Positions 49,503-64,000 of a stretch of DNA of 64,000 nucleotides are shown piece after piece (positions within the stretch are counted from its first letter, which is position 1; each line of letters starts with the position of its first letter). Under the pieces are notes generated by a model. The model saw only the letters and a list, made by a program, of their open reading frames with translations. It did no database searches and had not been told where the DNA came from. Source of the stretch: Moniliella sp. 'wahieum'. Lineage: Eukaryota. Position numbers and translations under genes: made by a program. The DNA lies in assembly GCA_003971905.1 (NCBI GenBank), contig RSEE01000014.1:744001-808000 (forward strand), written 5' to 3'.

Positions 49503-51987
49503 TCAAATATAGGAAGGCATTCCCTCTTTTAAAGAGCTTAGGAAGGCGGGTAAGAGAGTGCGGGTATATAGCAGGGCAGGTGGTGGAGCAATCGCGTGGA
49601 TCGGTGTGTAGTGCACCTGCACGCGATCAGGCCCTTCAGCGAGAAGATGCTGCCCACACGGATCAAACGAATCGAACCAGTGGCGAGGATCCGTCTTCGA
49701 CTCGGTACCCCGGGCAGGCGAAACGCAAAGCCCCGAAAACGGCGTCATTGGTGCCACATCCGCATCGTTTTGGCTTTGAGTCATCAAACGAGTCACCATC
49801 CCATCCACGTCGCGTACCAGCGCATCCATCCAGTGGGGACAAGCCTCTTCCTAGCCCTTCAGGTGGATGAGTATCCGGGTGGGCAAGGATGAACCCCCTA
49901 CGTACGATCAGCTCGGATCGAACATGGTCCCAAACACTCCAGTTGACCAGCGCGTCCAACTCTTGCATCACCCCGGCTCGCATCGTTGGCTCCAGTGTGT
50001 TGAGAAGTCCGTCACAGTTGACCTCAATTTTAGTTTTGCCCTCTCCGAGCTCACATGAGGCGAAGAACCCGAAGACGGAGAGTGCAGACCGTCCGTTTCA
50101 GAGGTAGCCATGAAGGCACATCCGCGTTCGCACCAAGCTAAAATGGGATCGGCCCTCGGGGATACAGCTCAGCTCATGGAGCAATGTCCACAAATTTTGC
50201 TCATGACGAGCAATCAACGCCGACCAAATCTCGTGGGTCGAATCCCTCGCCCGTGTGGCGATCAAATCCTCGAGAAACATTTGAACGTCCCCCAACCGGT
50301 CCGCAAGATGGGCCCGTTTCGCTGCCAAGGCACAGACGGGAAGTAATGCGTTGAGCAAGTCTTTGATCAGCCCGGGTACAAGCCCTGACTTCATGGCGTC
50401 TTTGGCGTTCTGCAAGTCACGGGCGTAGAATACCTCCCGAAGTAACAACTTGAGCCGAGCAAATGCCAGTGCATCCTGCTCCTCCTCCTTGGTCAAGGGA
50501 CGAAGCGGCTCGCCACCTACAGTTCCTGCTCTTTGAAAATCCTTGGCAGCCGCCGCTTTGACCTGATCGCTCGCAACGGGGTTAGCGGCATTCAGGTGAC
50601 CAACATATTGGGATCGGGCAAAGGACGCTTGCATCCGTCGTGTACATGGGCCTCTTCCGCCTGCTCTGATCCATTTCGTAGCCCACGGAGCAGAACGACT
50701 GTCAAAATGTCGACCCCTTCGCTGCGGGCCTTGGCCACGACAGCCTCTCGCTCAGCGGGTGAGACAGTGTGAACATATGCCTTGACAAGCTTCGCGTAGG
50801 ACTCGTATTTTTCAGGGATGCTGTTGGCGACGGGTGCGACTCGGGTGGTTTCAAACAGCTTGTGCTCCCGAGCAAAGTTGTTGCGCACAATCCGCTGGAT
50901 CACACTCTGTGTCCCGGCAGGCCGAGCTAACAGGAGCGAGATCAATCCCTGCACGATCCCCACAGCCGAGGGGAGCGCAGAGTACCTGACGAACCGCCCA
51001 AAACGGAAAGCTCGCTACTCCATTTTTGAGGGAGCGGAACATGAGATCACTCTCGGGTTCGAACATGAGCAACTGAAGCAACAGATCGGCAAGGCCTTCG
51101 CGCACGACACGAATCACGTTCTGTTTGCTGGGGGGCAAATCACGGATCAGGGGCGTGGCGAGCGAGGCCCAAGCATGTCGCACCCCCGGGCTCCTCGATG
51201 CATTCTACCCAAAACGCTCGCCAGTCCATGCTTGCTGTCGTGCATGCTGACCTGCGCGGTGCCAGATCTCTCCTTGGGGCCCCGATTCCAGAGGGAAGAG
51301 GTGGTCGATCCGGGCTCGAAGAGAAGGGGGGATTTGAGCGGGGCGGGCAAGCCACGTTTGGTGCGAGCTCTCCAAGGTGTGCTGGACTCAAATTGGCCCT
51401 CCCCCTCTTGCTCACCTCCCACCTCGTCCGCAATACCAACACCACGGGAAAAGAAATGGGATCCAAGATCAGCTGCCATGAGGAGGCGGTAGGCGTAGCG
51501 AAGCAGAGTCATCATCCTCGCTCCAGTGGCGATGACATTTGGCGGATGGCCAGGTCGTCGGCAAGGGCCTGGATGCGCATCCGCCAGAATCGGTCGGGGA
51601 GCGAATCGAGAAAGGGGAAGACCTTGAGGGACGTGGAAGATAAATCGAAAGATGATGGGCTCGGGACCAGGATGACGCTGGCCGTCCATGAGAGTGCGTG
51701 TGGGGTTTGGGTTCTTGTCCTCCTGAGTTCTCCATTGGCGCAGGGGCGCAGACGGGGCGGGGGGCAAAGGGCGGGCCGTAGCGGGCGAGCTGGCCAGGAC
51801 GCATAAGGTCGTCCAGCTCGCGGCCAAGTGAAGCGAGACGAGGGAGCTGACGAGGTAGTGGCGCTGCTCGGGGGACAGCGCGGGGGAGGCGGCGGGCGGG
51901 GGGGGCACGAGTGAAGGGCGGTGGACAGGGGGGCATCATCGGCGATGGGTGCGGTGTCCGCTGCGGCGCTGGCGGCGGGGAGGGCAT
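49503..51987 (-). CDS. PX-associated (PXB) / DUF3818 family protein (YPR097W-like)
   Basis: LSPEQRHYLVSSLV...LARYGPPF, PIIFRFIFH..FPFL...FWRMRIQ, FPFWAVRQVL, GIVQGLISLLLARPAGTQSVIQRI, LIARHEQNLWTLLHE. Frameshifted. Confidence 0.7.
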
Positions 51988-54431
51988 ACGCGACGGCACC
52001 CATCGTGCGCAGGATGGCACGAGGACGAGGACGAAGACGAGGACGAAGGCGAGGACGAGCTGCGCAAAACGAGGGCGGGTTTGGGCTTCGCGGGACGAGT
52101 CGATCCTCCCTTCTGCATTCACGCGCATCCCCGCCCGCAATCTCCGACGGGCCCTTGCGTCGCCGAGGCCAGCAGCCGGGCATTGCAATTCAAACCACCC
52201 ATGCCATCTCATCGATCATCCATCATCAGCATCACCGGTCATGATCTGGCGCCTAATAGCTTGCTCTTCGAGTTAGACCAAAATGCGACGAGCAAGTTGC
52301 CCATTGAGTGCGAAGTGCGGGCCAACTTTTGTCGAGCAAAAAGACCCACATGTTACGGCGAGGTGGGGGGAGCCGAGCCCGGCCGAGCTCGGCCGAGCTT
52401 GTTCGGACGTTGAACGAACCTGGCATGCAATCCGTTATGTCCAAACGTAGCATGTTCCCATCTCCATCTCGATCTATGCAACGATGGGATCAAGTCCCGT
52501 TTTCGTGTGCGGCTGAGGGGATCTGTGCGTGAGCCTCTGCGTCCCTGCATGATTTTAGCATACTTCAACTATTTTGGTCTTTAGTTTTGGACGCAAGTCA
52601 GTTCTGAGGCGAGCCACTGGATCTGGACGTTGAGCGTCTCGTTTTCGGTTGAGATTATCCCCTCATGCCTTTTACGCGGTTTCTAGCTGAGGGCAGAGAA
52701 CTTCTGCCCTTTATCGTGAGCACTTTTCTCGTTTTGACAGTTCCCGATTCTGGCTGAGTGTGGGAACCTTTCTTACTTAGTTTGTGCTTTTTTCTGGGGA
52801 GCCCGTAATCTCGACTCATTCCCCTTTCTTCGTTGTGTTGTCTATCCTTTCTAGATCCTGCATGTATAAGCCTTGATCCGTCAGTTCCTTTCCTCTCCTA
52901 GCGGCGCATTTCGTCTTTGTCTCTTCTTCGTCCACACATTCCACACATTCCGTCTGTTTCCCTGTTCGGGTTCAGGCCCACGCTTAACGCCGCCACAGGG
53001 CACCTGCGCGATCCGTATATCTTGGCCGGAATTCAGACTTATAGAAGCGTTCATTGCTGCTCTCCACACGATGCATTGGCCGCGGGCGTCATTGACCCAG
53101 GTGAAGCGGATCGCCAGAGGAAGGGAGACTTATTGAATATGGAACCAACTCAAGGTGGCAAAACGGGGAGAGGTGCTACGGTTGGCCGGCGCTGCCAAAT
53201 GATAATGTCCTCTCACATGTAGACACACCCCACAAGTCTGCCGCATTGGAAAATCATGACGGGTTACGGGGGTGTGTAACGTCTTCCCGCTCAGCAGTGT
53301 AGAAAAGGCAACACAACTATAACCGTGCTCCCGCCACCGCATATACTAAGAACGTTTCCAGCCACCAGTTTTGCTCTACGCGGCAACGATGGCTTGAGGA
53401 TGCTGGAAGGAGCGGGATGAGGTGGTTGGAGATGGGTTCTGGTTCAGCCATGCCCACCTCTTTCACTTGTATCCTCTTTTTCTCTCGAGAGTCGCTGTAC
53501 AGTCGGTTTTTGGAGAGATACATACAAGGCGAGGGAACCGCAGTATACTTACCTTCCGATACTAAGTGCATAATACAGCTCTAATCTCCCGCCAGTTGCC
53601 ACCCGACGTGGGAGGTTGCTGTCCCCCTTCTCCCAAGATAGCAAGATAAGCGCTAAGCCACCCTGATGCCCCTCAGTCCCCCGGCTTGGACTTGCCATTG
53701 CGGGGTACCGGTTAAACCCAACCGTCGTCAGCCGGCCCAAGGCGCAGCACAGCCCAACGTTCCGCCCCTGCTACCGCCTCTCTCTTTTCTTTCCCCGCTT
53801 ACCTTTCAAGTATCAAGCTTCGCTTCAAGGTTTACCCTGCCACCTGCTACCCGCAACGGTGCACCTGGCCATCCACCCCCTGGCGGCCCTTGACTTTCGT
53901 CGTAGCGACGTGGGGCGGGCAAGAGAAGGTGGGGTGTCTACGTTAGATCTCGTTTCAGCTAGCTACCTCTCGCCCACTGGGGCGGGGAGGGGACGAGACG
54001 CACGCGATCGGCGCGCTCCCCTAGCCGAGCGCAGGGCCCGACCCACGTGGCACGGCCAGGCGAGCCGCTGGCGACCTGCACGGATCGGCGGATGGAGCAC
54101 GCACGCACGCACACACGCAAGAGCAGAGCAAAGCAAAGGAAGGGCAAGCGCCGATAAAAGTAGATTGAGAACGGCACACGCGAACAGGTTGAACCACTTA
54201 CCAGCCGAGCTACCTCGCCTTCCCACAGAGCGAGAGCGAAAGGGAGGGAAAGGGAAAGGGAGAGGGAGAGGGAGAGGGAGAAAAGGAGGAGGAAAATGTA
54301 CCCCAAGGCAAGCAGGCGCAGCCAAAGGGGGAGAAGCACGGGACAGTGACTTGTCCGGGCTGTGTTGCGCGTCTGGTGCAGCTCGTACCGAGACGTGGTG
54401 TGGCACGCCGTGCCCGAGCGAGGGGGGGGGG

Positions 54432-57637
<3,206 letters not shown>

Positions 57638-58084
57638 GGCGGGGGGGCGGGCGGTGGCGGTGGGGGTGGGGGGGAGGGGGGGAGGGGGGGTGGAGGCGGG
57701 CGGACGGAGGGGTGGGGGGGGCGGCTGGGTGCTGCGGAGCGGAGCAGAGCGGCAGGTGTGCATGCCGGCGCCCAAGGGGGGCAGCGGTGAGGCTCAGCGG
57801 TGAGCGCGCGCGACGGGTGAGGCCCAGCGGCCGGCGGCTGCCCAGCGCAGGCAGCGCGCGCACGCACACGGCTCCGTGCGGGGCGCTGCACGGGGCCGGC
57901 GGCGCCGAGGCTGAGGCGGGTCGCTGCGCGGTGCGCGCGGGGGCTGCAAGCGAGGCAGGCAACGCCAACCGCAGCGTGCGCGACAGTGGCGCTGCGCCGC
58001 CCGCCCAGCGCACGCACAGCGCCCGTGCGCGCTCCCCATCGCCCCTGCGCCGGCTGGTGCCGGTCCCCACCTGGCGCAGCGTTC

Positions 58085-58100
58085 AGTTGAACGTTCAACT
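58085..58100. promoter_or_regulatory. Perfect 16-bp palindrome upstream of PKC1
   Basis: AGTTGAACGTTCAACT is its own reverse complement and lies ~450 bp upstream of the PKC1 ATG. Function is inferred only. Confidence 0.4.
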
Positions 58101-58939
58101 TCCACCTTCCACCTCATCGCGCCTGCGTCATGCGCATGCAGCAGCGCTTATGTCAGACGAGAGGAAGCGGCGACAGGCCACGAGCGTTGGGGCTGTGCCG
58201 CAGCGGAGCCCGGGGTTGACGTGCTTCTATATTCAGTCACGAGTCAGGAGAGAAGGTGCGAGCATCAAGAGGCGCTAGGTGTCACAGGCCTAGCTAGCGA
58301 TGCTGGCGATGGTCGATGGAGATGGCATTTGAGAGCTAAGGAGAGCTAGAGCTATGGGCCTTGATAGGCTCCTGGCTGGAGGCCAGTGGAAACCCGTGGA
58401 AGGTCCGGAACTCACTGCCCCGGTGCACTGTGTGCATCGGGCCACGTGTCACTGAAGGCCGATGGCTCTAGACCACTGGTGGTCAACACTAGGGGTTACG
58501 ATCCCAGACTGCCGACCCAAGGCGTACTAAAAGAAAGAAAAGGAGGCGGGAGAGGGTGGCTACCTGGAGAAAAAAGAGTCCGTTCAGATGGTTGTACAAT
58601 ACTGTCCGTGGGGGAAGAGGGCGGAGGAGAGAGGCCGAACGAAAGACCGTGCAGAGGGGGTAAGCAGGAAACACGACACGAAAGGGGAAGCGCAAGAGCG
58701 GGAGGGAACGGATCGGATGAGCCAAGTGACTAGTGCGGCAGGAGCCGACAGAGAGAAAGAGAGGGCAGGACAGGGCAGGAGACAAAAGAGACATAATGAG
58801 GCAAAGCAGACAAAGCAGACAACTGTCCTGGAACTGGAACGGCACCCACAAGAGAGAGGCAATCGCCACCCCGCTCCCTTGACAGCCCAATCCAACAGCC
58901 ACACCCACATCCACTCGACCCCCCCCACCCAACCCACCA

Positions 58940-61615
58940 TCAAAAGTCGCGGTCGGAGAGCAAGTTGCGCAGCGGCGGCAAGCGGACGCCGCTCGACCCC
59001 GACCTCGGCACAGGCACACGGGGGTACAGTCCCGTGTGGCTGGCCGACGCCGCCGGAGTCGCCGGTGTGTGGACGCCAACGCCGACGCGGACGACGACAA
59101 GGACATGGGTATCGACCCGGCGGCGGAGGGGGGAGGCGGCCGAGACGGAGAAGGAAGAGCGGTATCCTGTGCCAGCCAAGGACCGCGGGGCAGCGGGCTC
59201 GCGCGCGGCTGGGGTGCCGTGTGCTCGGTCGAACGGGATCGGGTCCTGCTGCGGCGGCGGCAGGCGCGCGAGGTTGCGTGCGCCCAGCGTACCACCTACG
59301 CCGGCACGGAGGGGTACATGCCCGACGTGCGGCGCGTGGGCGCGGGCAGGCCACTGGTCGATCGAGTGAGGCTCAAGCTCGAAGCGGGCGGGAGCAACGA
59401 GCGCCCTGGCCCGGTCGCACCCAGATCGTCGGACCGGCGCGGCGCGCGCCACGCCCGGCTCGGGGCCACGTAGCATGCGCCGCTTGATGCGCGCGTAGTT
59501 GAGCGCGACCAGCACGCGACGAATGACAAGCAGGTGAGCGCGTGCGACCGCTGGCTCGACCCGGAACGCACGGCTGCTGCTCGGCTTGCTCCCTCCGCTC
59601 GCACCAGCGGAGGAGAGAGAGTAAATGCGAGATGCCCATGCGCGCATGCGCCTGTGCCTCCTCCGCCCGGCTGTCGGGGCGCGCACGCGCACCGCCCACC
59701 TGCCCCGTCGGCTCCGGCTCCGCGTCGAGGTCCATCGCATCGGGGTCTACCTTGCCCGCTCCGACGGCCGAGGCGCGCGGCAGGGCAGGATGCACCGACG
59801 CGCGCCGGGCCGTGCTGCTGCTCCGGGGCGCGACGCGCTGCAAAGGCGTGGCCGACACGAGCGTATCGCCGCCCCGGGCGTAGGCTGAGTGCACGTGCGT
59901 ATAGGCGTCGACCGACCAGGACGGGTAGGCGGATGCAGATGCAGATGCAGATGCGGATGCGGATGCGGGCCCAGATCCGGGCGCGGACTTGGTGTGCCCG
60001 ACGCGATCCCATGTGTGCAGCGGCGGGTCGAGGTCCATGTCGTGGGTACTGTTGCTCTGCGGCGTGCTGGCCGTGGTGGAGGTGGCAGTCAAGCCGGGGG
60101 AAGCGTACCGGTCGCTCAAACACGGACTGCTAACCTCCTTGCCTGTCCCAAACGGTCCCACCGCCGGACCGGCCAGCAGCGCCGGGTCCAGCCCAGGCAC
60201 GGTCGTGCTCGTCAACCCCCACAGACTTAGGTCTGCCGCACTAAACGGCGCCGGGGAGTCGAGGTGGGACGAGGCGGACCAAGACGGGTGGGGGACGGCG
60301 GGCTGGGAAGCTGCTCGGCCACTTGGCTCCCCAGCTGCAACCAAAACCGATTGAGGTTGACCAGACCTGCCTGCGGCGAGGGCGGAGTGGGGTACGCATC
60401 GGTGGGAGCGGCGAGAAAGGTGTCGATGGTGGTTGGGTCCAAGCCCAAGTCGGCAGCCACGTAGCCGCCAAATCAGGATCGGTGCTGATGCTGGCCGCGG
60501 TCGAGTCGGGCGAGGCAAACGCAGAGGCAGGCTCTAACATGGGCAGCGACGAAAGGAAACTTGCCATGTCTGCAGCCCCCAAACGGAATCAAAAACGCAA
60601 CGTCAGTCGATCTTTTTTCATAAAGAGCAGTAGGAGGTAGGGCAAAGCGTACCGGCATCGTAGGTCGCGGGCACGCGGCCGTCGACAATGTCCTGGATGA
60701 GATGGGGGAGCTGTGTGGGCGAAGGCTGGGTCGGGCGAGAGTCGGGGTAGGAGGCAGGCACAGGCGGAGGGAGAGAAGCATGGGGGGGAGCGGGGGGGGA
60801 TGGAATGAAGATGGGCTGCTGGTACGGGTACTGCGGGGGAGGCCGATTGCGCATACGGACCAAGCGGTGGCGGCGGCGGGTACGCGCCCGAAGAGTACAA
60901 TGGCTGCGGGGGGGCGTACGACGGATGGGCGTGCAGCGCGGCAGGCTGCGGTGGCGGCGGCGGTGGGGCAAAGCCATAGGCCGAGGCCGAGGGCGGCGAC
61001 TGCACGGCGGCGGTGGGCGCGCCTGGAGCCGAGGCCGGGCCCGGGACGGAGAGAACGGAGGGGGCAAAGGTGTGGGTGCGGACGTGCTTTTTGAGGTCCT
61101 GGGGCGCTTGAAGGTCTTGCCGCAGCGGGAACACGCATGGGGCTTGAGGGGCGTGTGGACGCGGAGGTGGGAGGTGATGTGGTCGCGCTTGGCGCACACG
61201 ACGCCACAGCCGATCCAGTGGCAGGTGAGGCAGAGATTGTGGGTGCTCTTGCGCCCGACATGGTCGGCGCACAGGTGCTCAAACAGCTGGGAGGGCGAGT
61301 CAAAGGCCAGGGAGCAGGTGCTCCACTGGCAGCGCATGCGCTCCGCCTCGGCGTCGGGGGCGTCGGGGGTCGGTGGCGTCGGGGGCGTCGTCGTCGGCAG
61401 CAGCGGGAGCGGCGGTCATAGAGGCGGATGTGGATGTGGATGTGGAGGCGGATGTGGGCGAGGGCGAATGCGCAGGGCGCGAGGGGCGGGGCGGGGGTGC
61501 TCATGGCGCTCATGGCGGCGGCGGTAGGAACGCAGAGCGGCAGGGAGGTGGGAGAAGAGCGTGGCGACGGGCGGGCGGCGGGCGGCATGATGTGCCTGAT
61601 GGGTGACGATTCCAT
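58940..61615 (-). CDS. RIM101: pH-response C2H2 transcription factor PacC/Rim101
   Basis: [73 protein letters not shown] is the diagnostic three-finger array. Intron ~60652-60570; start codon inferred. Confidence 0.95.
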
Positions 61616-63062
61616 GGCAGAAAACGCAACGGCTGGCCAGCGGCGGGGAGCGTGTGGGTACAGACGCATGATGCGGTGCATGATGGATGGCTGATGCGAT
61701 GGCTGATGCGCGAGCTACGAGCGGCTGGAGGCAGGCCCAGTGTGGGCAGCGGGGGCAGCGCAGGGCCCGCGGGCCAACGAGCGCCGAGCGCCGAGCCTCG
61801 AGCGAGGGTGGGCACCGCGTGGGCCGCCGGGGGAGGCTGCTGTCGTGCGCCCGCCTCTCGCTGCCCTGCCCTGCCGTGCTGCGCCGCCCCTCCCGCCAAG
61901 CCGCCTGGACACTGGCCGTTCGCCTGCGCCAGAAGCGCAGCGGCAGGGCAGCTGCGCGGTGTGCGTGGCAGCCGCTGCCAGCGCCAAGCGCTCGCCCGAC
62001 GCGCCACTGGCGCCATGCCTGCGTGGGCCCAGGCGCTGCCCCAGTGCCCGCCCACGCTCGGCAGCGGCCGGCACGACCGGGCTGCACACAGCTGCGCGCT
62101 GCTGCCTGCCGGTCCCGGGCATGGGGCGACTGGGTTGTGGCCCGTCGTGCCCCCTCGCGTCCTGGCACGTCCCATCGGACCACGCCCGCCTACACCCTCC
62201 CCGCGCCGGATCATGGATGGGATGGACGTTGGGGACGTTCGACGCCAGCAGGCCGTGGCTACGGTGGGCTAGCGGGCGATCTCGGTGGTCGGTCGTCACG
62301 CGTCACGGGTCCCTAGCGTCACTCGCGTCACTGCAAGATGGGACGGTAAATTTCTCTGGAACGCTTGCCGTTTCCGTGTGGTTCTGCGTCCCCCCCCGTC
62401 ACGCGGTGCTGGTTGCGCGGTAGGCAATAGGATGCCAGTCGTTGCCGCGTGCGTCTTGGCGTGGGCCGGGGCACGCGGGCGCCGGGCGGGCGCAGGCGGC
62501 GGGGTCCATCTCCGACGACTGCACTCGCTCCTGGGTGCGGCTGATCGCACCCGCCTGGGTGCACAAGGGTGTACACTGTACCTGCGCCAGGCCGGCGTCA
62601 CGCGTCACGCAGCTGCCACTGCGCCAGTGCTCCCTGCGCCATGCAGCCCCCGCATCAGCACGAGGCAGCCGCAGCGGTGGAGGAGTGAGATCTGAGACTG
62701 GTGAGGTCATCGGCTGCCCGCTGCTGCCCCACCGCGCTGGCGCTGCCTCTGGGCCAGTGGATATTCGCTTGCCTTGGCAGGCCAGCGTCCAACGTCCAAC
62801 GTCCAACGTCCAACGTCTGCCGGCTGCCGCGTTTCTCTCCCACGCTCACGGCTAAACCATAATCCCGTGCGCCACTGTCCATTTCACCTTTCACCTTGCC
62901 CTGCTGTCCGGTACGCCCAGTAACTAGTAACTAGTAACCCCCCTCCCAACCAACAAGCGTGGCCACCATGCACATGGTACTCAATGGATTCAAGTCAAAA
63001 TAACCGAGGCAAGGAGGACAGGTTGGTTGCCGGCATCCCAAACAAACACAGCACCCAGCGCG

Positions 63063-64000
63063 CTAGTGCGCCGCGGGCGCCGCCCACGTCCAGTCCGCCT
63101 CGGACGCCGGCAGCTCGGGCTTGCCCCCCGCCGCACTGGGCACAGCCCACGCATCCGCATCCGCCTCGCCCGCCCCGACGGCCGCTCGGGCATGACGTAC
63201 TCTTGGTGCAGACTGTCGTTGCTCTCCCGCGCCGCGGGTTGGGCAGGCGGCGCAGCAGGAGCGGCAGCAGGCGCAGCAGGAGAAGCAGGAGCAGCGAGCG
63301 TCGCCGGTGCTGGATCGGCAACGGTCAAGTTGGCAAAAGAATCGCCAAAGGCATCGTCAAACGAATGGCCGCCGCCCGGGATGCGGAAGGTAGGATCTTC
63401 GTCCTTGGTGGGCGCCTCGGGCGGCGGGAGGGAGGCAAACAGATCGTCAAAGCCATGGCTGGGAGCTGGTGCGGCTGGCGCAGCGAGTGTAGGTGTAGGA
63501 TCAGCAGCAGCCGGTGGCGGAGGAGGAGCCCCAAATGGATTCGTGCTCCTCTCCGACACGGCGCGGGTCAGGGCAGGCGGCGCGGGCGCCAGGTCCCGAG
63601 CTGGGTCCGCGGGTCCAGAAGCAGTCGCTGGCGTGGGCGTTGGCTCGCTTCCCGGCACGCTCCAAGTCGGAGCAGGGACGGAAGCCGATTCGGGCTCGGG
63701 CGTGGGCGTGAACGCGGGCTCAGGCTCAGGCTCGGTCGGTTCGGCTGGCACCGCCGGCGGGGCGTGGGCCGCACGGAGCGACGTGAGTTCTTCCCGAATG
63801 GGAGCGGCCGTGGTTTGAGCCAGGGCCATACGATGATTGGCCGACTTGACCTCGGCTTTATCCTGGGCCAACTGGTCCAGCAACTCAGTCTTCTCCTTCT
63901 CCAGAGCGGCGAGCTTGGCTTGCTGCTGGTCCACTTGAGCCTGGACCTGGCGCAAGCTATCGGCCTCCGCTTTGGCTTTGGCCTGCAGCTCCTCCACGTC
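63063..64000 (-). CDS. C-terminal part of a coiled-coil endocytic adaptor, Ede1/Eps15-like (runs off the window)
   Basis: Long coiled coil followed by a Pro/Ala-rich region with STNPF, FDDLF and FDDAF motifs. No EH domains within the window. Confidence 0.5.

Overview
Eukaryotic fungal genomic DNA, probably from a basidiomycete (inferred from GC-rich, intron-poor genes with short GT(A/G)NGY...YAG introns). Many conserved genes carry single-base indels, often in homopolymers, so the assembly looks like an imperfectly polished long-read consensus. CDS coordinates below are therefore spliced or frameshift-joined gene spans read by eye. The left ~9.8 kb is a transposon graveyard: a chromovirus (Ty3/Gypsy) integrase-chromodomain remnant, a near full-length decayed CryptonF tyrosine-recombinase transposon with an in-frame (EDGP)~21 repeat inside its catalytic domain, and a possible Helitron scrap. 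A housekeeping block follows: TRAPPC13-like, ATG8, NPL4, MMTAG2-like, Rab11/Ypt31, beta-tubulin, mitochondrial rpS8, TFIIS and SSN6/CYC8. Further right are a secreted Ser-rich glycoprotein, an orphan zinc-finger gene, a Zn2Cys6 transcription factor, a PXB/DUF3818 protein, PKC1, PacC/Rim101 and a partial Ede1-like gene. The most striking items are: (i) a 1,348-bp non-autonomous LTR element (TRIM) with identical 240-bp LTRs, a 5-bp TSD and a primer-binding site that mirrors a tRNA anticodon arm with anticodon GTA instead of a tRNA 3' end or tRNA-iMet; (ii) the Crypton with its acidic repeat; (iii) an 882-bp solo LTR with TSD; (iv) a ~97-bp dispersed repeat upstream of the orphan zinc-finger gene; (v) recurrent 7-bp-period arrays of 6-bp palindromes. 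No rRNA, tRNA gene or CRISPR array was recognised.
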